Shown: in pieces, positions 7,481 to 14,670 of the stretch
Layout: every line of letters begins with the position of its first letter
Position numbering within the stretch: position 1 is the stretch's first letter
Assembly (NCBI GenBank): GCA_043805855.1
Contig: JAZDHP010000032.1
Coordinates: forward strand, 1-16,220
Direction of reading: 5' to 3'
Source of the DNA: Candidatus Micrarchaeota archaeon
Lineage (GTDB): Archaea > Micrarchaeota > Micrarchaeia > Norongarragalinales > UBA8480
Length of the DNA stretch: 16,220 nt
Translations under genes and position numbers: made by a program
Notes under the pieces: generated by a model
Databases searched by the model: none
Told to the model about the DNA's origin: nothing
What the model saw: the letters and a program-made list of their open reading frames with translations, nothing else

Positions 7481-7599
7481 TCCGACAGGCGGGACTATTT
7501 CTTTTTCTTTGCCTATTTTTTCAATATATTTTTAGGGTGCACTTTTCGCTTTTTGTTAAAATGTGCTCCCTAACTATGTTTTGTACAGATCCTTATCCT

Positions 7600-7606
7600 T
7601 TTTTAA
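7600..7606 (+). promoter_or_regulatory. Putative TATA box (leaderless transcript)
   Basis: TTTTTAA ends 23 nt before ATG 7630. The same spacing occurs at 8546-8552 and 13677-13683. Confidence 0.5.
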
Positions 7607-7629
7607 TTCAATTTTACTTAGTATTTATT

Positions 7630-8490
7630 ATGAGTGAAGAACGCGGTAAAACTGGAAGGGAATTTGTAATTGTTAGCCGAAAGGAGCTTGTAGTTCCAGA
7701 ACCGGTAAGGGGTAAGTCGCTTGCGAAAGACGAGCCGCCCGAGCTTGAAGATCCGAGTTTTTTTGACAGTTCAACTGAAGCGTTTGAAGTTGGTGGTTAT
7801 CATTTTATACGTCCACAAGAGGATTATCATCGCCGTAGCCAGCCTACTTTTTCACTTGGGAAACATGAAAAAGGGTTCATTAGTGCTAACAATGGGGTTG
7901 TAGCTATTAGCACTAATCATGGTACATTTGTAGGCTATCCTGGGCCTGGTTTTCATTCAGCAGCTTCTAGAGCTGGTTTTGTTCGGGGGGCGTATAATGA
8001 ATCTGTTCCGCATTCAAATTATACTGACTCACCTTGGCTTTTTGAAAGGATTGACCTGCGGACTGGCCGTTTGAAACCAGAATATTTACACTTGTTTAAT
8101 CGTAGATATAAACCGCCAAAACCACGCGCGAAGGAAGCAGCTCCAGAAGTTGAAGAGCCTAAATCTCCGGTCCAGCTGTTAATTTCTGACATTAAAGACG
8201 ACCACGTCGCTTTCCGCACACTTCATAATCTAATAGACGACGAAATGGCATACGCGTTTACTGCCACTGAGATTCACAAGCCAAACCCCGCAGTTATAGC
8301 TTACGCAGTTAGAAAATTAGGTTTGTCCCGTGCTTCGGCTCCAGAGAAGATGCGGAAAGATGTTAAAGAACTTTTACAGCGATTTCACCCTGACAAGTTT
8401 AAACCGCGAGGTTTTGACCAAGAAGCACATCGTAAAGTTGTTGACCTTTTAAACTCAGTTCGCGGCTTCCTACGAAAAGCTTCTGATTAA
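7630..8490 (+). CDS. Hypothetical protein with C-terminal J-domain-like region (286 aa)
   Basis: Likely start ATG 7630 (MSEERGK). C-terminal AVRKLGLS...KDVKELLQRFHPDK...LLNSVRGFL resembles a J domain, with HPD at 8386-8394. Confidence 0.7.
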   Translation: MSEERGKTGREFVIVSRKELVVPEPVRGKSLAKDEPPELEDPSFFDSSTEAFEVGGYHFIRPQEDYHRRSQPTFSLGKHEKGFISANNGVVAISTNHGTFVGYPGPGFHSAASRAGFVRGAYNESVPHSNYTDSPWLFERIDLRTGRLKPEYLHLFNRRYKPPKPRAKEAAPEVEEPKSPVQLLISDIKDDHVAFRTLHNLIDDEMAYAFTATEIHKPNPAVIAYAVRKLGLSRASAPEKMRKDVKELLQRFHPDKFKPRGFDQEAHRKVVDLLNSVRGFLRKASD

Positions 8491-8545
8491 TTTTTGTCTT
8501 TTATTCAATGACTTTTTTGTTTTACTTAACTGGTAGCCTCTAGCT

Positions 8546-8552
8546 TTTTTAA
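8546..8552 (+). promoter_or_regulatory. Putative TATA box (leaderless transcript)
   Basis: TTTTTAA ends 24 nt before GTG 8577. Confidence 0.45.
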
Positions 8553-8576
8553 CCGCCTTGCGTTTACTTTTTGTAG

Positions 8577-10214
8577 GTGGTGTTGCTTTTGTCTAAATTG
8601 TTTGTCTTTATTGCGTTGTTGTCACTTTCTATATTTGTAGTTGCAGAGAGTGCTTATTCTTCAGAAGCCGAAACTAGTGCTGTTGGCCAGGCGCTTGCGC
8701 TGAAGTGCATTGAAAGTTACGGTAACTGTAATTGTGGCGAGTTGAGAGGTGCAAGTGCAGTTTCTTTATGTGAACAAAACAAAGCTAAAGTTGAAAGTTT
8801 TATTCAACGTTGTGCAGCTGATGTTGACAACTGTAACTGTGCTGAGCTGGGAGAGCAGGAAATGGTCACTGCGTGTAATTACCAGTTAGTTCAATTGCAA
8901 AGCCAAGTGAAGCAATTTGCAGAACGTTGCTATAAAGATATGGAAGCGTGCAGTTGCAGTGAATTTAAGGTGCCGCGGCAAGTTGAAATGTGCGAAGCGC
9001 AGAAACATCAGTATTTACAAAAAGCACAGGCAATTGTACTACAATGCGTTGACGACCCGTTTAAGTGTGATTGTTCTTCGCTTGGAAACCACGCCGGCGA
9101 GTGCCAGCGCCAAGTTGACATTGGAAAACAAGTTAGGGAGCTTTGCCACCAGGATTTGGAAAAGTGCGACTGTTCTCCAATTGAAAACAAAGCTGCGCGT
9201 GAATCGTGTACTAATGCAAAAGCGTATGGTTTAGAGTTTAAGTCAAAGTTTGAAAAGCAATGCACTGACAATCCAGTTACTTGCGACTGTGCAACAATTC
9301 CATCTGCTGCTGGTAGAAAAGAATGCGAGGAAAAAAAGCAAATTGCAATTAAACAAGCTGAAGGCGAAATTGCAGGTTACATGGACGCTTGCTTTGCCAA
9401 CATGGAAAAGTGTAATTGCAATGCGCTTCCAAAGCCAGAGTACGTTCCATTTTGCAAAGAAATGCTTGGCTATGGTTTAAGCTGTTTAAACGAAGGGGTA
9501 ATGTGTGAAAAGTTGGAAGACGTTGATATGGCGCCGCCTGGAATTCCTGAATTCCTGCGCCCGTATTTCAAACAATCTTTTCGCGCGAAGCTAGAGGCAG
9601 CTAAGCAAGATGGCGCTAGGAAAGCAGGTGAAATTGCAAAGACATGCGTGCTTGACCCGGAAAAATGCGACTGTTCTGCGGTTCCATTGTACGCGCGTGA
9701 CTTTTGCGTTGAGAAAAAAACCTTGCAGCTAAGTTGCATTAATGACAAGGATATTGCCGCTTGTAATAAATTAGACGCGAGTTTAGAAGTTGTACCTCCA
9801 GATGTTCCGTCGTTTATACGAGGACCGCTTGACGCGTTGCTTCGCCCGCTGGTATTAATTCAAAAAGACCAAATAAAGGGGCAATACGCGCAGGAAACTA
9901 AAGATTTGATTTTACAGTGCATTGATGACATTGAAAAATGTCGGTGCAACGACGTTCCGAAAATGTACCGCGATTTCTGTAACCACAAAGTTTCACTTGT
10001 AAAGCAATGCTATTCAAAGAACTACAACGCGTGTTTTACTGTGCTTGACGAGAAGAACATTCCAGACGACGTGCCGGGTTTCATCCGTGTTTTTATTGAA
10101 GGCGACGTAGATGCAAAGGTAAGGGCAAAAGGCGAAGAGATGCTCAAAAAACTCGCGCCACAAGAATGTAATAATTTAACGTTGCAGCAATGCAGGCAAA
10201 AGCTAGAAAAGTAA
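8577..10214 (+). CDS. Secreted cysteine-rich repeat protein
   Basis: Hydrophobic N-terminal signal. Nine Cx6CxCx10-11C repeats, plus three CxnC...P(P/D)x(I/V)PxF(L/I)R units. 44 Cys by my count. Confidence 0.85.
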   Translation: MVLLLSKLFVFIALLSLSIFVVAESAYSSEAETSAVGQALALKCIESYGNCNCGELRGASAVSLCEQNKAKVESFIQRCAADVDNCNCAELGEQEMVTACNYQLVQLQSQVKQFAERCYKDMEACSCSEFKVPRQVEMCEAQKHQYLQKAQAIVLQCVDDPFKCDCSSLGNHAGECQRQVDIGKQVRELCHQDLEKCDCSPIENKAARESCTNAKAYGLEFKSKFEKQCTDNPVTCDCATIPSAAGRKECEEKKQIAIKQAEGEIAGYMDACFANMEKCNCNALPKPEYVPFCKEMLGYGLSCLNEGVMCEKLEDVDMAPPGIPEFLRPYFKQSFRAKLEAAKQDGARKAGEIAKTCVLDPEKCDCSAVPLYARDFCVEKKTLQLSCINDKDIAACNKLDASLEVVPPDVPSFIRGPLDALLRPLVLIQKDQIKGQYAQETKDLILQCIDDIEKCRCNDVPKMYRDFCNHKVSLVKQCYSKNYNACFTVLDEKNIPDDVPGFIRVFIEGDVDAKVRAKGEEMLKKLAPQECNNLTLQQCRQKLEK

Positions 10215-10296
10215 AAACACTTAATTCGCGTATTGCCGTAGTGTATTTCGACAAACGAAAACTGTTAAAATAACTGTTGTTCCACTACTTCCACAA

Positions 10297-10842
10297 ATGA
10301 TTGAAATTCGTTTCCACGGCCGAGGAGGGCAAGGTGCTGTAACTGCAGCTGAACTGCTAGCTGTTGCTGTTGGTGAAGAGGGCAAATCCTCGCAGGCGTT
10401 TCCTTTTTTTGGAGTTGAACGCCGCGGCGCGCCTGTAAAAGCATTTTGCCGCATTGACGACAAAGAAATTATAATTCATGAGCAAGTTTATAACCCAGAT
10501 ATTGTCGTTGTGCTTGACGCTACGTTAATAGAAGCAGGTGTAAACGTACTAGAAGGAATTAAACCAAACGGAGTTGTTGTTGTTAATTCTCCAAAACCAG
10601 TTGCGTTTGCAAATCCAGTTGCGGCTGATGTGAAAGTGTTCTACGTTGACGCGACTTCAATTGCCCACCAGTGGCTTGGAGTTCCAATTGTAAACACTGC
10701 AATGCTCGGCGCGTTGGTAAAAGCAACTAACGTTGTAAAACTTGAAAGTTTGACAAACGCTCTTGAACACCGTTTCGGCGCAAAAGCAACGGCAAATATT
10801 GATGCGGTTAAAGATTGCTTTGAAAAAACGATAAAGGTTTGA
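10297..10842 (+). CDS. porC: Pyruvate/2-oxoacid:ferredoxin oxidoreductase gamma subunit
   Basis: [44 protein letters not shown]. Confidence 0.95.
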
Positions 10843-10849
10843 AATTTAA

Positions 10850-11149
10850 ATGAAAATTCCATATGCAAAACCAGGAACAAGTATTGCTAACAAAACTGGA
10901 GATTGGCGCAGCGAGCGGCCGCTAGTTAGCGACAAGTGCACTGCGTGCGGGACGTGTGTACGCGTTTGTCCAGACAGGTGTATGGAGTTAATTAGCCGAA
11001 GCGGTAATCCAGCGTCAATTGCAAAGGTAGATTATGATTATTGTAAGGGTTGTGGCATTTGCGCTAATGAGTGCCCCGTAAAGGCAATTGTTATGAAACG
11101 AGAGGAAGATGTAAAGAGCGAAGCTGCAAAGGAAGGCGAGAAAAAGTGA
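10850..11149 (+). CDS. porD: Pyruvate/2-oxoacid:ferredoxin oxidoreductase delta subunit (2x[4Fe-4S])
   Basis: KTGDWRSERP, CTACGTCVRVCPD, DYDYCKGCGICANECP. Confidence 0.95.
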   Translation: MKIPYAKPGTSIANKTGDWRSERPLVSDKCTACGTCVRVCPDRCMELISRSGNPASIAKVDYDYCKGCGICANECPVKAIVMKREEDVKSEAAKEGEKK

Positions 11150-12297
11150 AACGAACTATTGAAGGGAGTTTTGCAGTTGCAGAAGCGACGAAAAACTGCG
11201 AGCCAGAAGTAGTAGCGTGCTATCCAATTACTCCCTCTACTCATATTGCTGAAGAGCTAGCGCAGTTCTACGCTGACGGTAAGCTTAAGCAGTACATTGC
11301 GGTTGAAAGTGAATTCGCAGCAATATCCGCTTTAATCGGCGCAAGTGCAACTGGCGCACGTACGTTTTCAACAACGTCAAGCCAAGGCCTCGCGTTGATG
11401 AACGAAGTGCTGTTTACAGTTTCAGGAATGCGTTTGCCAATTGTAATGGCAGTTGCAAACCGCGCGTTGTCAGCGCCGCTGAACATATGGAACGACCACC
11501 AAGACGCTGTTTCCGAGCGCGACAGTGGATGGATTCAACTTTACTGCGAGTCAAACCAAGAAGCAACCGACACAATTCCCCAAGCGTTTAAAATCGCTGA
11601 GAAAACTTTATTGCCTGTTATGGTCAACATGGATGGATTTTATCTAACGCACAGCGTTGAGCAAATTGACGTTCCAGAAAAAGAGTTAATTGCAAAATTC
11701 TTATCGAAATTTAATCCCGAGATTAAACTCGACCCGCAAAACCCGCTAAGTTTAGGAGTTTACGCATTTCCAGAGCACTACCAATCTTTCCGCGAGGATT
11801 TACACCAAGATTTAATCGCGTCGCAAAAAATAATAACTGAAGTAAACGCCGAATGGGCGAAACTAACTGGGCGTAATTATGGCAACGGGTTGTGGGAAGA
11901 AATTAATCTTCACGACGCCGAGTACGTAATCGTAGCAATGGGCTCAGTTATTGGAAATGTTAAAAGCGTTATAAATGAAGAGTTGCAAAAAGGGAACAAA
12001 AAGTGGGGTTGCCTGCGCTTGAAATCCCTGCGGCCGTTTCCAACTCAAATTGCTTCTCTACTTAGCGGTAAAAAGTCAATTGGTGTTTTCGAAAAGGCGC
12101 TTTCACTAGGCGCGCCTGCAGTACTTTACAGCGAATTACGTAGTGCGTTGTACGATTGCAAGGAAAGCGCATCGCAGCGTCCAATTGTTTCAAGTTTCGT
12201 CGGCGGCTTAGGTGGTAGAGATATAACTCGCCAGCATATTCGAGATTTATTTACAAAATTAGAAAAAGGCACTGGCAGTGTGCAGCAATTCATTTGA
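11146..12297 (+). CDS. porA: Pyruvate/2-oxoacid:ferredoxin oxidoreductase alpha subunit
   Basis: YPITPST, VESEFAA, TSSQGL, NRALSAPLNIWNDHQD, GGLGGRD. Likely start is GTG 11146, overlapping the porD stop (GTGA). Confidence 0.95.
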   Translation: MKRTIEGSFAVAEATKNCEPEVVACYPITPSTHIAEELAQFYADGKLKQYIAVESEFAAISALIGASATGARTFSTTSSQGLALMNEVLFTVSGMRLPIVMAVANRALSAPLNIWNDHQDAVSERDSGWIQLYCESNQEATDTIPQAFKIAEKTLLPVMVNMDGFYLTHSVEQIDVPEKELIAKFLSKFNPEIKLDPQNPLSLGVYAFPEHYQSFREDLHQDLIASQKIITEVNAEWAKLTGRNYGNGLWEEINLHDAEYVIVAMGSVIGNVKSVINEELQKGNKKWGCLRLKSLRPFPTQIASLLSGKKSIGVFEKALSLGAPAVLYSELRSALYDCKESASQRPIVSSFVGGLGGRDITRQHIRDLFTKLEKGTGSVQQFI

Positions 12298-12298
12298 G

Positions 12299-13669
12299 AT
12301 GTTACAAAAAATGGCAGCAGTACTTGGTTTGGAAAAAGAACAATTGTTTGAAAAAGGACAGCGAGCATGCGCTGGCTGTGGTGCAACAATTGCAATGCAC
12401 TTAATTCTCGACGTAGTTGGAAAAGATTGCATTATAGTAAACTCAACAGGGTGCATGGAAATTATCTCTTCTCCATTTCCAGAAACCGCGTGGAACGTGC
12501 CGTACATTCACGCTAATTTTGAAAACGCAGCTGCAGTTGCAAGCGGAGTAAGCCGCGCGTTGAAAGCAAAAGGCAACGACCACACTAAAGTAGTTGTAAT
12601 CGCAGGCGACGGCGCAACTTACGACATTGGCTTTGGAGTTTTATCTGGTATGCTCGAACGCAACGAAGACGTACTTTACATTTGCTACGATAATGAAGCG
12701 TATATGAACTGTCTTAGCTTGGACTCGTTGATTTACACTGAAAATGGCTTGAAAAAAATAACTGAGGTTAAAGTTGGAGAAAAAGTTTATGCGTTTAATC
12801 AACAAAATGGCGAACTAGTGTTGAAAAAATGCACTGGCGTTTTTGACAACGGCGTAAAACCAGTTTATGAATTGTTAACTGGCCATCATTCTATAAAAGC
12901 AACTGCAAATCACCCGTTTCTCGTTGTGCAACGCAATGGTAAAAGCGGACACAATGAATTAGTCTGGAAAGAACTTGCGCTGCTAAAGCCAGAAGAAGAG
13001 ATAATGACTTTGAAAAATATCAAAGACAAAGAACCATTTGTTCCCGCAAAAATTATTTCAATTAAGTTAATTAAAGACGAGCCGACGCTTGACTTGCGTG
13101 TTGAAGGCGAGCATAATTTTGTAGCAGATGGAATTGTAGTTCACAATACGGGTGTGCAGCGGAGTAGTTCAACGCCGAAATTCGCTTCAACTACAACTTC
13201 GAAAGTTGGCTCTGAGATTCTCGGCAAGCAGGAGTTGAAAAAGCCAATTTTGGAAATCGTCGCTAGCCATAAGATTCCCTACGCTGCGTCGACAAGCGTT
13301 GCCTATCCATTTGATGTTTACAATAAATTGAAAAAAGCTCTTTCATTCAAAGGTGCGAAGTTTCTATTAATCCACGCGCCTTGCGTTCCAGGTTGGGTTT
13401 ACCCAACTAGCAAGACGCTCGAGATGGCCAGGCTTGCAATTGACACTGGAATGTGGAAAATGCTTGAATACGAAAACGGAAAATGGAAAATTACGAAAAC
13501 ACCATCTTTCAAACCAGTAAAAGAATACCTCTCACTGCAAAAGAGATTCGCACACGTTACCGAAGCACAAGAAAAACACTTGGAAGAGCAAATTAAGTTC
13601 GAATTCGAAGCACTACAAAAACTAGTCAACGCGACTAATGCTCCAACCGCTCCAGCGGCAACGCAGTGA
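12299..13669 (+). CDS. porB: Pyruvate/2-oxoacid:ferredoxin oxidoreductase beta subunit, intein-containing
   Basis: RACAGCG, TGCMEI, FENAAAVASG, GDGATYDIG...YDNEAYMN[intein]TGVQRSSSTP, APCVPGW. Likely start is ATG 12299, just after the porA stop. Confidence 0.95.
   Translation: MLQKMAAVLGLEKEQLFEKGQRACAGCGATIAMHLILDVVGKDCIIVNSTGCMEIISSPFPETAWNVPYIHANFENAAAVASGVSRALKAKGNDHTKVVVIAGDGATYDIGFGVLSGMLERNEDVLYICYDNEAYMNCLSLDSLIYTENGLKKITEVKVGEKVYAFNQQNGELVLKKCTGVFDNGVKPVYELLTGHHSIKATANHPFLVVQRNGKSGHNELVWKELALLKPEEEIMTLKNIKDKEPFVPAKIISIKLIKDEPTLDLRVEGEHNFVADGIVVHNTGVQRSSSTPKFASTTTSKVGSEILGKQELKKPILEIVASHKIPYAASTSVAYPFDVYNKLKKALSFKGAKFLLIHAPCVPGWVYPTSKTLEMARLAIDTGMWKMLEYENGKWKITKTPSFKPVKEYLSLQKRFAHVTEAQEKHLEEQIKFEFEALQKLVNATNAPTAPAATQ
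12710..13147 (+). mobile_element. Mini-intein (146 aa, no homing endonuclease) in PorB
   Basis: Block A CLSLDSLIYT, block B IKATANHPFLV, block F/G TLDLRVEGEHNFVADGIVVHN, +1 Thr. Removing it restores YMN-TGVQRS. Confidence 0.95.
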
Positions 13670-13676
13670 ACAACTG

Positions 13677-13683
13677 TTTTTAA
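13677..13683 (+). promoter_or_regulatory. Putative TATA box (leaderless transcript)
   Basis: TTTTTAA ends 23 nt before ATG 13707. Confidence 0.5.
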
Positions 13684-13706
13684 CCCAACGCGAGTAATTC
13701 TAACAT

Positions 13707-14348
13707 ATGGCTACTCTTGAAAACATTTGGCGCCAAGTTGACAACTGCCCAGCATGTCAAGCGAGCAAAAACTCGCTTCAACACGTGCACGGCGGCGGGC
13801 AGGAGAACAAACCCCGTTTCGCACTCGTGTTCATCAACCCAACGTACAATAACATTTCAACGCAACCGCAATGGCGCGGTAAGCGCTATCCTTTTATTGG
13901 CACTCGTGCAGTTTGGCGTGTTTTGGTAAAAAGTGGTTTGTTGCCTGTGAGTGTTTTGCAATTAACTGAAGGTAAGTGGAGTGAAGAAACCGCGGTGCAA
14001 GTTGAGAAAATAATGCAGGAAAGCGGCATCTACTTAACTAACGTTGTAAAGTGCACTGCACCGCACGGCGATGCACCTTCAGTAGAAACAATCCGTGACA
14101 AACTACCTTTGCTAATTGAAGAGCTGGAAATTGTGCAACCGCAATTGACAATCGCAATGGGCTTAATCCCATTCAAAGCTTTAACCGGCGAAAGTGTGAA
14201 GCTCGGCGAGTTTACAAAGAAATTTGCCGTTAAGCCTAAGTTTTTCCCTTCGCCGGCGGGCAAAGTTGTGCCGTGCTGGTTTCCAATTGGCCGCGGAAAT
14301 CCAAAGAAGGCAATTCAACTGCTTAAGGCCATTTCTGCTAACGTATAA
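13707..14348 (+). CDS. Uracil-DNA glycosylase superfamily protein (family 4-like, divergent)
   Basis: N-terminal CPAC, PFIG, IYLTNVVKC, EELEIVQPQLTIAMG. The canonical catalytic motifs are altered. Confidence 0.8.
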   Translation: MATLENIWRQVDNCPACQASKNSLQHVHGGGQENKPRFALVFINPTYNNISTQPQWRGKRYPFIGTRAVWRVLVKSGLLPVSVLQLTEGKWSEETAVQVEKIMQESGIYLTNVVKCTAPHGDAPSVETIRDKLPLLIEELEIVQPQLTIAMGLIPFKALTGESVKLGEFTKKFAVKPKFFPSPAGKVVPCWFPIGRGNPKKAIQLLKAISANV

Positions 14349-14379
14349 AAACTCTAATTCAGCAATAAATTAGCTAATT

Positions 14380-14410
14380 GTGACAAAAGTGACGCGTACG
14401 TGACAAAAGT
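14380..14410 (+). repeat. 11-bp direct repeat GTGACAAAAGT x2 (20-bp period)
   Basis: Copies at 14380-14390 and 14400-14410, immediately upstream of tRNA-Asp. Confidence 0.75.
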
Positions 14411-14478
14411 TGCAACTTAGTATTTGCCTTGGTAGTGTAGTGGCCTAGCATTCAAGATTGTCACTCTTGCGACCCGGG

Positions 14479-14539
14479 AAACCCCCTTTTTCTTAAAAAG
14501 AAAAAGGCCGTTTAAGGTTCAAAAAGAAGGGTTCGAGAA
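14479..14539 (+). other. tRNA-Asp intron 1 (53/54, 61 nt), carries triplex-type repeat
   Basis: Central helix CCCG/CGAG (one C.A mismatch), bulges GG|A and AA|T, closing helix AACCC/GGGTT. Confidence 0.85.
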
Positions 14540-14545
14540 TTCAAA

Positions 14546-14588
14546 ATGCGTTTCTCTCATTTTTTCGAGAAACACAAACGCAAGAAAA
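14546..14588 (+). other. tRNA-Asp intron 2 (59/60, 43 nt)
   Basis: Central helix TTCA/AGAA (one A.A mismatch), bulges AA|A and AA|T, closing helix TGCGTTT/AAACGCA. Confidence 0.82.
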
Positions 14589-14670
14589 TCCCGGCCAAGG
14601 CGTAAAAAGCAAAGGTGTTACAGCGCCATAACGGTTCCTAATAAAGAAGGAACAAGGAAAGTGATACGTT

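Larger units (their letters stand above)
7331..7494 (+). tRNA. tRNA-Tyr(GTA) with two introns (37/38, 59/60)
   Basis: Acceptor CCCGCCT/AGGCGGG+A73 (C1-G72, the archaeal Tyr identity pair), D arm GCTC AACGGTA GAGC, anticodon stem CCCCG/CGGGG with GTA at 7363-7365, T stem GTTGG/CCGAC. Exons 7331-7366, 7399-7420, 7481-7494. Confidence 0.92.
14426..14602 (+). tRNA. tRNA-Asp(GTC) with two introns (53/54, 59/60)
   Basis: Acceptor GCCTTGG/CCAAGGC+G73, anticodon stem CAAGA/TCTTG with GTC at 14460-14462, T stem CCGGG/CCCGG. Exons 14426-14478, 14540-14545, 14589-14602. Confidence 0.9.

Noticed and set aside
7234..7629. N-terminal 132 codons of the 418-aa track ORF, reading through tRNA-Tyr
   Set aside because: It overlaps a complete tRNA and low-complexity repeats. 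A TATA-like box 23 nt before ATG 7630 supports the shorter gene, so the open frame is judged incidental.
8577..10214. Multiheme cytochrome c or ferredoxin
   Set aside because: No CxxCH or CxxCxxC motifs. Cys spacing is Cx6CxC.
11071..11145. Extended porA N-terminus from the ORF track
   Set aside because: It overlaps porD, and similarity to PorA starts at GTG 11146.
14632..14652. Hairpin GTTCCT-AATAAAGA-AGGAAC as a seventh copy of the triplex repeat
   Set aside because: It lacks the long Y tract/R tract/mirror arrangement.
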